From: Methanobacteriota archaeon
GTDB taxonomy: Archaea; Thermoplasmatota; Thermoplasmata; SG8-5; JAGLSY01
Assembly: GCA_020696385.1 (NCBI GenBank)
Contig: JAEHCQ010000001.1
Span: 654,770-718,769, forward strand
Length of the DNA: 64,000 bases
Reading direction: 5' to 3'
Below the pieces are notes generated by a model that was given only the letters and a program-made list of their open reading frames with translations, was not told the DNA's origin and made no database searches. The position numbers and the translations under genes were made by a program. Each line of letters begins with the position of its first letter. The stretch's first letter is position 1. Positions 47,843 to 56,029 of the stretch are shown here, piece by piece.

Positions 47843-48387
47843 TCCTCCCAAATCTCCACTTCAAACCCATGCTCTGCCCCAACCGATTTGAAATGGAGGA
47901 CTATTTTGTCGTACACTGCCAGGTCCTTGCCTTCGTATAAGTACGATTCTTCCTCAACCTCGACCAATATTTGCCACTTATTATACGGCTCCTTCATCGG
48001 GCCGTATCTCACGCTCTTTATCTCCTTATTGGGAAGTAAATGATAGACGGTCCTCAGCCTTTTGCTGTCCTTAAAGGTACCAGTCGTGTATCGGAGCCCA
48101 TTAACATGGATGATCGGCTTGGTGTATTTCTTTCCAATGCTGTGCAGACGTACCATGATTGGCCAGAAGGCTATGTATCCGACCACTAGCTCTATAAGAA
48201 TTATCCATTTGGGAAAGCCGTAGAAAAAGGGACTTGGCTCGTTGTAATCCCTTAAAAATAAAAAGAGAGTGATACTCATGAAGGCATAGCCAACTATCAT
48301 GACCGGCGGGTATAGCTTGTCCCATTTTGGGAAATTCAGGATATTCTTCTCGCCATATATCAGTTCGCCAAGGTCTGGATCGGTCAT
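47839..48387 (-). CDS. Hypothetical 2-TM membrane protein
   Basis: 182-aa ORF with two hydrophobic segments and a soluble C-terminal domain. Confidence 0.65.
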   Translation of the reverse strand: MTDPDLGELIYGEKNILNFPKWDKLYPPVMIVGYAFMSITLFLFLRDYNEPSPFFYGFPKWIILIELVVGYIAFWPIMVRLHSIGKKYTKPIIHVNGLRYTTGTFKDSKRLRTVYHLLPNKEIKSVRYGPMKEPYNKWQILVEVEEESYLYEGKDLAVYDKIVLHFKSVGAEHGFEVEIWED

Positions 48388-48577
48388 GGTTTACATCTCT
48401 TCCACTCATGTAAGAATCATGATCTGGGGATATAAGGGTTTGGAGGGATAGCCCAAAATCATCCTAATCTATGAAATAATGTAAATCTTACACAAACTCT
48501 ATAATGTTGCCAGAAACGAATTTAAATAAATGAAGAAATCAAAGTCTTATTATGCAATTAATGGTTATTGGATTTCC

Positions 48578-49105
48578 ATGATCATCGTTTCTCTTATCGG
48601 ATTGAAGAAATGCGGCAAGACCACCACGGCTGAAGCTCTCATATCGGAGTTCAAATCACGCGGTATGAAGGTCGGTGGTGTGAAGTGGATGGTGCATTCC
48701 AATTTCACCATCGACACCGAGGGGAAGGACACCTGGCGCCAGAAAAGAGCAGGTGCGGATTTCGTCATATCAATGTCCAAAGATGAGCTGGCCTTTGTAC
48801 AAAATCGGCCGGATAGACCCAGCCTGGATGATGTGCTGGCTCTGGTTCCGGAGGGCACTGAAATTCTCATTTGCGAGGGTTTGATGGATAGCAGACCGAA
48901 TGTGATCAAGGTAGTGGTCGCCAAGGCACTGGAGACATTGAACGAGACCTTCGAGGTGAGGGGGATCAAAGATGGTGTCATTGCCTTATCTGGCATTATC
49001 TCCAATGAAGCACTGGAGCATCCGGAATATCCGGTATTCAACTGCACACTGCCCAAAGGGGCGGAAGGTCTGGCAGATCTTATTTTGAAAGAAGCTGGAA
49101 AATGA
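48578..49105 (+). CDS. mobB: Molybdopterin-guanine dinucleotide biosynthesis protein B
   Basis: GLKKCGKTT, ID.EGKDTWR...AGAD, ILICEG; likely ATG at 48578. Confidence 0.85.
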   Translation: MIIVSLIGLKKCGKTTTAEALISEFKSRGMKVGGVKWMVHSNFTIDTEGKDTWRQKRAGADFVISMSKDELAFVQNRPDRPSLDDVLALVPEGTEILICEGLMDSRPNVIKVVVAKALETLNETFEVRGIKDGVIALSGIISNEALEHPEYPVFNCTLPKGAEGLADLILKEAGK

Positions 49106-49114
49106 GAAAGATAT

Positions 49115-51295
49115 CTATCTGACCAAATTCATAACTCTATCGACAAGCTCTGGCTCCCTTGTTATCACAACTACTTTGTCGCCCTTCTTGAACTTGTCCG
49201 TTTTGAGAACTCTTTGTGCTCCAGCCACATCCTCATATTCACCCTCGATCTTGGGATTGATGGTTATCACGGACGAGCCGCTGAGGGAGCCTGTTCCCTT
49301 CTTGGCCAGTGGTCGAATATGACCGATGAAGATGACCGGATATCCCACCAGAGCGCCCTGAAATTCCTTTATAGATTTGCCAATGAAAGATGCTGGCACC
49401 TCCCGGATGTAGAATTCATTAGTGTTCTCTGAGAAAGTTAGTAGATTTCTGAAAATAAGGGTCACATATGGCTTGAGTATGGCCTGTGCCATCAGCTGCT
49501 CCGCAAAGGCCTCGATGGAAACAACGACATTGGCCTTCGTATTGCGGAAGAACTGGAAATTCTTCGATTCCATAAGCTCCACGGCCGTGAACATGTTCTC
49601 GGATATTCGATTCTCAATTATCTGAAGCTGATGCAAACCTCTGAGGTCGGATTCTTCCCCTTCGTTCATCTCGGACACTATGACCACCCTGGTCTTGTCC
49701 GCGTCTTCTCTTGTCACACCCGCGAGTTTCAATTTTTGAAGACTGACTGGCTCCCCGATATTCTCCACCCTGAGAGATATGAAATCCTCCATGGGTCTAC
49801 CCAGCATGTTGGTCACCTTGTCGATTATCTTCTTCAAACGCGGTTCCAGTTTGGATGGCTCGTACCTGGTGAGCAGGGCGATCTCCAGTTTTTTCACACT
49901 GCCCTTGGTCTTTTCCACATTGGCACATATCTTGGCCAGCTCGCTGATCAGATCCCTGACATGATACGGGTTCCAGTTGAGGATGACGATCTTTTCAAAA
50001 GGCAGTTCGTCCTCATAGTCGTCCTTTGTATTGGGCATTGACTTGGGTTTGAATTCGGGCAAGGGTTTTTCCAGTATCTGGCATGCCTTGAGTGTGTCCT
50101 TTTCATCATAGGAAATGAGGACCAATTGGTCTCCGGCCTTGAATTTAATTTCGTTTTGAGGATTGAGCAGAAGAGTGACCTTGTCCGCCTTCTCATACCC
50201 GGCCACAGAGCCATCATTGCCCGCAGGCATGTGCCGGAGAACTCCGACCGGAGTCACACCAGTTTCCAGGAAGACCTTTTCAACAGAATTGAAGGACTTA
50301 CCCAGCATGTCCTTGGTCGTCTGATAATAATAGAATTCACATGTGTCCACCTCCTTGGTGCTAAGAAGGTCATGGGTGATCTCGTTCACCTCTCCCTGGA
50401 TGATGGACTGGGTGAATAGATATCGGGGCATGTTCTCCAGATAAATAGGCTCGACGGTGAGCTTGTTGGTAGTGCCTGGGATAAGTGTGGTGTAAACCTC
50501 TGGCTCATTGGTATCTCCCATCGCACAAGGTAGGAGATTGGTCTCCTCATCAAGGAATTCCAGTACCACATTGATATCCGTCTTTATCCTCTGGGCCACG
50601 CCCTCATCACAAAGATGATTGTATATGGCCTTGTAAACCAGTGAAACGTAGGCATCCCTGTAGATCCTGTGACCTTTGACGGTCTCATCCGTTGACAGCA
50701 CGAGAATACTTCTGGCAGCCTCCACATTGGCCCTATCCAGCACCTCGAGATCCAGTGGGTCTCCAATTATCGCATATGTATTGCGACGTAGCCTGTCATC
50801 ATTGAAGGTGATATCAGCGGCATTGGGACTGATTATGACAACTGGATAGATATTTATCAGGTCCTCCGATCGCAATTCAGTGAGTATGCCTTCGATCTTA
50901 CTGGTCATACCACAGATCACCACATGACCCTGGCCGCTGTAGTTCTTCAGAACCTTGACCTTACCTCGATTGATTATCTTCTCGAGGATATAACTGGATA
51001 CCTCACCAACCACCATTGCGAAGAAAATAATACTAGTGGTCATGATTATGATGACCGCGCCCTTTCCAAGGGATGTGGTTGCGTTCGTATTGTCCCCAAG
51101 TAACATCATGAAGGATATCAGAAGGGCCTCGTAGACAGGAATTTCTTCCGCCTGGCTAAGCACGATCGACGCGATGACGAGAGCTATGAAGATACCTATA
51201 CCCAGCTTGGCCTGATAGGAATCCTTGAACCACCTCACCAGAGGGCTGGTCACTTTATGGCTTCCTGATAATCCACCTTTACCCATATTATCCAT
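49115..51295 (-). CDS. 2-TM cation channel with tandem RCK domains (CASTOR/POLLUX- or GsuK-like), non-canonical filter
   Basis: TM1, pore MMLLGD, TM2; GHVVICG, GDP.D.EVL.RANV..A..I.VL; second RCK (KIVILNWN). Confidence 0.75.
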   Translation of the reverse strand: MDNMGKGGLSGSHKVTSPLVRWFKDSYQAKLGIGIFIALVIASIVLSQAEEIPVYEALLISFMMLLGDNTNATTSLGKGAVIIIMTTSIIFFAMVVGEVSSYILEKIINRGKVKVLKNYSGQGHVVICGMTSKIEGILTELRSEDLINIYPVVIISPNAADITFNDDRLRRNTYAIIGDPLDLEVLDRANVEAARSILVLSTDETVKGHRIYRDAYVSLVYKAIYNHLCDEGVAQRIKTDINVVLEFLDEETNLLPCAMGDTNEPEVYTTLIPGTTNKLTVEPIYLENMPRYLFTQSIIQGEVNEITHDLLSTKEVDTCEFYYYQTTKDMLGKSFNSVEKVFLETGVTPVGVLRHMPAGNDGSVAGYEKADKVTLLLNPQNEIKFKAGDQLVLISYDEKDTLKACQILEKPLPEFKPKSMPNTKDDYEDELPFEKIVILNWNPYHVRDLISELAKICANVEKTKGSVKKLEIALLTRYEPSKLEPRLKKIIDKVTNMLGRPMEDFISLRVENIGEPVSLQKLKLAGVTREDADKTRVVIVSEMNEGEESDLRGLHQLQIIENRISENMFTAVELMESKNFQFFRNTKANVVVSIEAFAEQLMAQAILKPYVTLIFRNLLTFSENTNEFYIREVPASFIGKSIKEFQGALVGYPVIFIGHIRPLAKKGTGSLSGSSVITINPKIEGEYEDVAGAQRVLKTDKFKKGDKVVVITREPELVDRVMNLVR

Positions 51296-51431
51296 ACCTG
51301 GAATTCCATCCTGGTTAAAATAATTTCATCTTATACATGGTTCAAGAAATATTGAAGGATTGGATAAGTTTATCTACTCTCAAAATTATGTTACTCCGGG
51401 TACCCTGGGTACACTGAAGGAGTGAGATATA

Positions 51432-52334
51432 ATGACATTTTCGATAGTCGCGATAGACAAAGAAAAGAAGGAAGTGGGATTCGCCATCGCCTCATGCTGT
51501 TGGAACTCGGGACTCGTTTGCAGAGCGGGGGTGGAGATGGGAGCCATTGCCTCACAGGCCAGTGGCAATCTGGCATTCCTCAATATGTTCTTTGATAAAA
51601 TAGAGCATGATCGTGGCCTAGAAGAGACACTGGAGCATTTCAAAAACAATGACGATTCTTTCGAGACCCGCCAGGTGGGTATGATCACATTGGCTGGCGA
51701 GGCACTGGCCGTCACTGGTTTGGATTGCGACGAATGGGCCGGACATTTGACCGGAGCGGACTTTTCAATACAGGGAAATACACTCGTGGGCCCGGAAGTG
51801 GTCGACAATATGAAGCTGGCCTTTGAAAATACTGAAGGCCAGTTGATGGATCGTCTGTACGCGGCCTTGCGAGCGGGGGACGATGCTGGCGGTGATGCCA
51901 GGGGTAAGCAGAGCGCGAGACTTCTTGTGTTGAGAAAAGGAGGCGGATTCGATGGTTCGGACAATGTATGCGATATAAGATTCCAGGATCATCCAGAGCC
52001 AGTGCGGGAGATGGGAAAAATACTGGAAGCACGAGCTCTGCTTGTGAAAGCTCACGGCAATTATGAAGGGATATCAATTGCTTCCAAAGAGGAGAAACTG
52101 ACCATCCTGGAAAAGGTGTGGAACTTCCTGGATTCCGAGGTGGATGATAATTGCAGATACTGTGATATGTGGACTGACCTGGGGGAACGATATTATGAAC
52201 TTGGCAACCTGGAAAAGGCAGTCCAGGCATACAAGAGGGCGATGCATAACTATCCGAACCTGATCAAGAGTTTGAAGTTGAATGCGAAGAAGGGGAAGCT
52301 GGCGGAGGAGATCGCCCAAGCCTTGTTTCATTAA
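51432..52334 (+). CDS. DUF1028 (Ntn-hydrolase-like) protein with C-terminal TPR
   Basis: MTFSIVA, GAIASQA, QGNTL.G, AGGDARGKQSA; TPR (WTDLGERYYELGNLEKAVQAYKRA). Confidence 0.85.
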   Translation: MTFSIVAIDKEKKEVGFAIASCCWNSGLVCRAGVEMGAIASQASGNLAFLNMFFDKIEHDRGLEETLEHFKNNDDSFETRQVGMITLAGEALAVTGLDCDEWAGHLTGADFSIQGNTLVGPEVVDNMKLAFENTEGQLMDRLYAALRAGDDAGGDARGKQSARLLVLRKGGGFDGSDNVCDIRFQDHPEPVREMGKILEARALLVKAHGNYEGISIASKEEKLTILEKVWNFLDSEVDDNCRYCDMWTDLGERYYELGNLEKAVQAYKRAMHNYPNLIKSLKLNAKKGKLAEEIAQALFH

Positions 52335-52372
52335 ACGATAAATTTAATTAGCCTTGGATATATCCGACAAAT

Positions 52373-52846
52373 ATGAAATTAAAACTCAATGGTTGGGATC
52401 TGAATATCGTATTCTCATCATGCCACTTCCTCGCAGAACATAATAAATGCTCCCGTCTTCACGGCCACAATTACGGTGTCCATCTGACCCTGGAGGGGGA
52501 TGTTGATAAGACTGGACTGGTCATGGATTTCGTCGTTCTCAAGAGGGCGTTGAACGAGATCATCGACGATCTCGATCACAAGGTGATGCTTCCGGGCAAT
52601 TCACCAGTCACGAAGGTCGTTATTGAGGGTGACCAGGTCGTGGCTGACAGTGGGGCGAAGCATTATTCCTTCCCGCTGGAGGATGTTGTTATTCTGGACC
52701 TGGATGCTATCTCTGCGGAGAAACTGGCATACTTCATATTGCAGAGGATGAAGGTCAAATTGGATCTTCCAGATAACATCCATGCCATCGGTATTGGCGT
52801 GGATGAGGGAAAAGGCCAGGGAGCCTGGATATGGGAAAAGCTGTAA
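52373..52846 (+). CDS. queD: 6-carboxy-5,6,7,8-tetrahydropterin synthase
   Basis: CSRLHGHNY, G.VMDF..LK, LDH, SAEKLA; adjacent to queC. Confidence 0.88.
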   Translation: MKLKLNGWDLNIVFSSCHFLAEHNKCSRLHGHNYGVHLTLEGDVDKTGLVMDFVVLKRALNEIIDDLDHKVMLPGNSPVTKVVIEGDQVVADSGAKHYSFPLEDVVILDLDAISAEKLAYFILQRMKVKLDLPDNIHAIGIGVDEGKGQGAWIWEKL

Positions 52847-53490
52847 TTTTACTATCTGGGGGCCTGGATTCGGGCACTTGTGCTGCTGTCGCTATAGCAG
52901 CGGGCCATGACATAATAGCACTTTCTTTCGATTATGGAAGCCGGCACAGTAAGGAGATTGACAATGCCAAAAACATTGTCCAACATCTTGGAATTAAGGA
53001 ACATATCATCATGCCACTGGCCCTCGGCAAGTTCGGTGGCTCGTCGCTTGTTGATGAGTCGATGAAGCTTGGAGACGGAGAGGAAATTCCAAACACTTAT
53101 GTGCCTGCCCGTAACACTGTTTTTCTTTCGATCGCACTGGCACTGGCCGAAGCTCGCGGAGCCGATGTCATCTACATTGGAGCCAATGCCGTGGACTATT
53201 CCGGCTATCCAGACTGTCGCCCGGAATTCATCAAGGCCTTTGAAGAGGCCGGACGCCTCGGGACAAAAAGAGGCATTGAAGGCAACCCGATCAGGATACT
53301 GGCTCCCCTGATAGATATGACCAAGGCCGAGATAATCAAGCAGGGAAAGTCGCTTGATTTTCCTTACGAATTAACATGGAGTTGCTATGCTGGCGGAGAG
53401 CGGGCATGTGGAAAATGCGATTCCTGCAAATTGAGATTGAAAGGATTCAAGGAGGCTGGGACAGATGACCCCATCCAGTACGAAAATTAG
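52831..53490 (+). CDS. queC: 7-cyano-7-deazaguanine synthase
   Basis: LLSGGLDS, YVPARN, YPDCR, TWSCY...CGKCDSC. Confidence 0.95.
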   Translation: MGKAVILLSGGLDSGTCAAVAIAAGHDIIALSFDYGSRHSKEIDNAKNIVQHLGIKEHIIMPLALGKFGGSSLVDESMKLGDGEEIPNTYVPARNTVFLSIALALAEARGADVIYIGANAVDYSGYPDCRPEFIKAFEEAGRLGTKRGIEGNPIRILAPLIDMTKAEIIKQGKSLDFPYELTWSCYAGGERACGKCDSCKLRLKGFKEAGTDDPIQYEN

Positions 53491-53980
53491 AAAGGCAGTG
53501 CCTGGAGATATCGAGGCCATTGTTCAAATCACCAAGGACAATGAGCATTATTGGAGCCAGGAAGTGGATGGAGCAGAGGCACTGGCTCGCATAATATCAC
53601 GAGAAGATAATATCATCCTGGTCGCAGAGGATGATGATAATGATGGGGAAATAACGGGCTTTCTGATCGGCACCTGGGACGGAGCCAGGGCCATCATACA
53701 CAAGCTTTCAGTGAGTCCCACGATCCACCGCGAAGGCACTGGCCGAATGCTGGTTGCAGCCGGGATTGAGGAGTTCAAGAAAAAAGGCGCGCCCACTGTG
53801 GGTGTGAGCGCGGCTGATGGCACTCGCGATGATGAAAAGAATGACAGTACTGGCTTCTGGAAAAAAGTGGGCTTCGAGTCCATACCGGCCAGGCTTATGA
53901 TCAATTTCACTATCTGGGGAGATGATGATGAGGATCATGGGCAGATGAAAGATGAAAATGCTGAGGAGGGGGACATTTGA
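53465..53980 (+). CDS. GNAT-family N-acetyltransferase inside the que operon
   Basis: IRKA...D, LSVSPTIHREGTGRML, FWKKVGF; overlaps the queC end. Confidence 0.8.
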   Translation: MTPSSTKIRKAVPGDIEAIVQITKDNEHYWSQEVDGAEALARIISREDNIILVAEDDDNDGEITGFLIGTWDGARAIIHKLSVSPTIHREGTGRMLVAAGIEEFKKKGAPTVGVSAADGTRDDEKNDSTGFWKKVGFESIPARLMINFTIWGDDDEDHGQMKDENAEEGDI

Positions 53981-54177
53981 AGGTTCAATGCGCTGGCATA
54001 AACGTTGCCAGCGAACATGCCCCGTCTAAACACAGTGTTTTCTCAGTTGGCGGGCGGGGTATTATATTCGATGAACATTCAAGTGACAAACACCAACGTG
54101 CTTACTATTCGGAGACCCCGTCAGGAGTCCAACGATGGACGGGGAGGTTCAAATATACCGAGGAGGATTCAATATGA
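53977..54177 (+). CDS. Small hypothetical protein (66 aa), translationally coupled on both sides
   Basis: GAGGAGG SD; TTGA overlap with the GNAT stop and ATGA overlap with the queE start. Confidence 0.6.
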   Translation: MKVQCAGINVASEHAPSKHSVFSVGGRGIIFDEHSSDKHQRAYYSETPSGVQRWTGRFKYTEEDSI

Positions 54178-54803
54178 AAATAAACGAGATATTCTACAGT
54201 CTGCAGGGCGAGGGATTGACAATGGGCATACCGACTGCCTTTGTGAGACTGACTGGCTGCAATCTGAGATGCGATTGGTGCGACACCTTATTCGCCTATG
54301 ATGAAGGGGAGGAAATGTCCATTCAGGAGATTATCGAGATCGTTGAGGATATGGAGACCAAACAGGTCTGCATCACCGGAGGCGAACCGCTCATCCAAAA
54401 GGATACTGTCGATCTTATAGAGAAGCTCATAGAGCGGGATTTCATGATCGTATTGGAGACCAATGGCTCACAGAACCTGGAGACACTGCCCTGCTCGGAT
54501 AATTTCATGATCAGTATGGACATGAAATGTCCTTCTTCCGGCATGGAGGAGAAGATGCTGGATGCGAATATCGAGCTTCTGGGGCCGACCGATCAGCTCA
54601 AGTTCGTCATAGCTGATGAGAAGGACTATCTTCATGCGCTAAGGGTCATGAGGGAAAAGGAGCCAGCATGCAATATCATCATGAGCCCGGTCTTTGGCAC
54701 GTGCATGAGATCACTGGCAGAATGGGTGCTTGGGGATAAACTGGATGTCAGGGTTCTGCCGCAGCTTCATAAGTTAATATGGGGCAATGAGCGAGGAAGA
54801 TGA
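54174..54803 (+). CDS. queE: 7-carboxy-7-deazaguanine synthase (radical SAM)
   Basis: EIFYSLQGEG, FVRLTGCNLRCDWCDT, TGGEPL, ETNG, QLHK..W; ATG at 54174. Confidence 0.93.
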   Translation: MKINEIFYSLQGEGLTMGIPTAFVRLTGCNLRCDWCDTLFAYDEGEEMSIQEIIEIVEDMETKQVCITGGEPLIQKDTVDLIEKLIERDFMIVLETNGSQNLETLPCSDNFMISMDMKCPSSGMEEKMLDANIELLGPTDQLKFVIADEKDYLHALRVMREKEPACNIIMSPVFGTCMRSLAEWVLGDKLDVRVLPQLHKLIWGNERGR

Positions 54804-54864
54804 CCCAGTAATGACCGAGCTCGGAGACACATATTTACTTCGAGTTTATATGGGGCAATGAGCG
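54772..54864 (+). repeat. 22-bp near-perfect direct repeat of the queE 3' end
   Basis: AGTTAATATGGGGCAATGAGCG (54772-54793) versus AGTTTATATGGGGCAATGAGCG (54843-54864). Confidence 0.8.
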
Positions 54865-54917
54865 CACTCGCTAATACATTGAAATATAATTAGATAAATG
54901 AGTCGCTGGCTAGTATA

Positions 54918-55733
54918 TCAAATTCCAACCCACGCACTGCCTATTATCCTTTTGACCGCGGATATAAGTGACAATGCGGCCAGGTAACTTGTTTTTGGAT
55001 TTTCAGGAAATGGTAGATTTCTTGTCCAGCACTCGATCTCGCCAGATTTTGCCTTCACTATCAGGCGGTGAGTGTTTCTTTGTGCTTTTGGATCGACAAT
55101 GAGCTTCACCCTCGTGCGGTCGAATCCCAGACCAGCCAGACTGACCGTGGCTGCCACATTCACATTCTTTGGAAAATGCTTGACCGCGTCCCTCGCCCAG
55201 CCATCATAGACGACCTTCGGCCTGGATAAATTGGATATGTCGATATTGTTCTGCTTGAAATATTTCTGGCCCTTGAGTGCCTTTGGTGATTTGTAAGACA
55301 TGAGGATGACTTCTTCGATGTCTGTCTCATCGATACCACCCAGTCCTCCAAGGCCATCGATTCCGCAGATAGCTCCGGAGGGTATGTAGATCTTGCAATT
55401 GTTCTGCTTGGCCAGTATCTTGCATTTATCCCACAGATTGTCATCCGAGAAGGCTCCTACACTCATGACAAGAGAGCTCACGCCTTGCTCCAGAGCCCGA
55501 GGTATGAATTCCGAAACTGCAGCCTGCGCGGCGGTTTCGACAACCAATCGGCAGTCCTCCAGTACGTCTTCGTAATTCTCAGTATATCGTATCTTGGTTA
55601 AGTCTTCATCCAGATCCTGGACCTTCTCCGATTTCTTCTCGATTATGAAGATATTATTGATATCATCCAATTCATGGAGAGCCTTGGCCAGTGTTCTGCC
55701 GATCGAGCCGAATCCTATTATGCAGATGTTCAT
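54918..55733 (-). CDS. nadX: L-aspartate dehydrogenase
   Basis: IIGFGSIG, SVGA, PSGAICGIDG, A.DAV..FP.NVNVAA, NTH, NPKTSYLAALS. Confidence 0.9.
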   Translation of the reverse strand: MNICIIGFGSIGRTLAKALHELDDINNIFIIEKKSEKVQDLDEDLTKIRYTENYEDVLEDCRLVVETAAQAAVSEFIPRALEQGVSSLVMSVGAFSDDNLWDKCKILAKQNNCKIYIPSGAICGIDGLGGLGGIDETDIEEVILMSYKSPKALKGQKYFKQNNIDISNLSRPKVVYDGWARDAVKHFPKNVNVAATVSLAGLGFDRTRVKLIVDPKAQRNTHRLIVKAKSGEIECWTRNLPFPENPKTSYLAALSLISAVKRIIGSAWVGI

Positions 55734-55835
55734 GGTATCAATCAGGATTAAGTGGTCAAGGATTTAAAGATAACGATTGGAATTTCAATAGCTGCTGAGA
55801 GATATGATAGATAGGATTATTAATTTGAATAATTA

Positions 55836-55872
55836 ATTAGCCAGTCATCTGAAATTTAGATGACTGGCTAAT
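55836..55872. promoter_or_regulatory. 15-bp perfect inverted repeat between divergent nadX and polC
   Basis: ATTAGCCAGTCATCT-N7-AGATGACTGGCTAAT, 11 bp upstream of TATA-like CTTATAAAAA (55884). Confidence 0.65.
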
Positions 55873-56029
55873 CCCAATCGCTACTTATAAAAACCCTAAG
55901 TGCTATCCCTCTTGTCTCACAGAAATGAGGGGGTCACAAACCTAAAGGATTGGTCCCCCCTTATTGAATTCAACCCAAGCGAATACCTTAGGTATCGTGG
56001 CTTGGGGATGATTCAATAGTCTTTTCTAG

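Noticed and set aside
52373-54803. dpd DNA-modification (7-deazaguanine defence) island
   Set aside because: No dpdA/tgt paralog or dpdB-K genes; archaeosine precursor supply is the simpler explanation.
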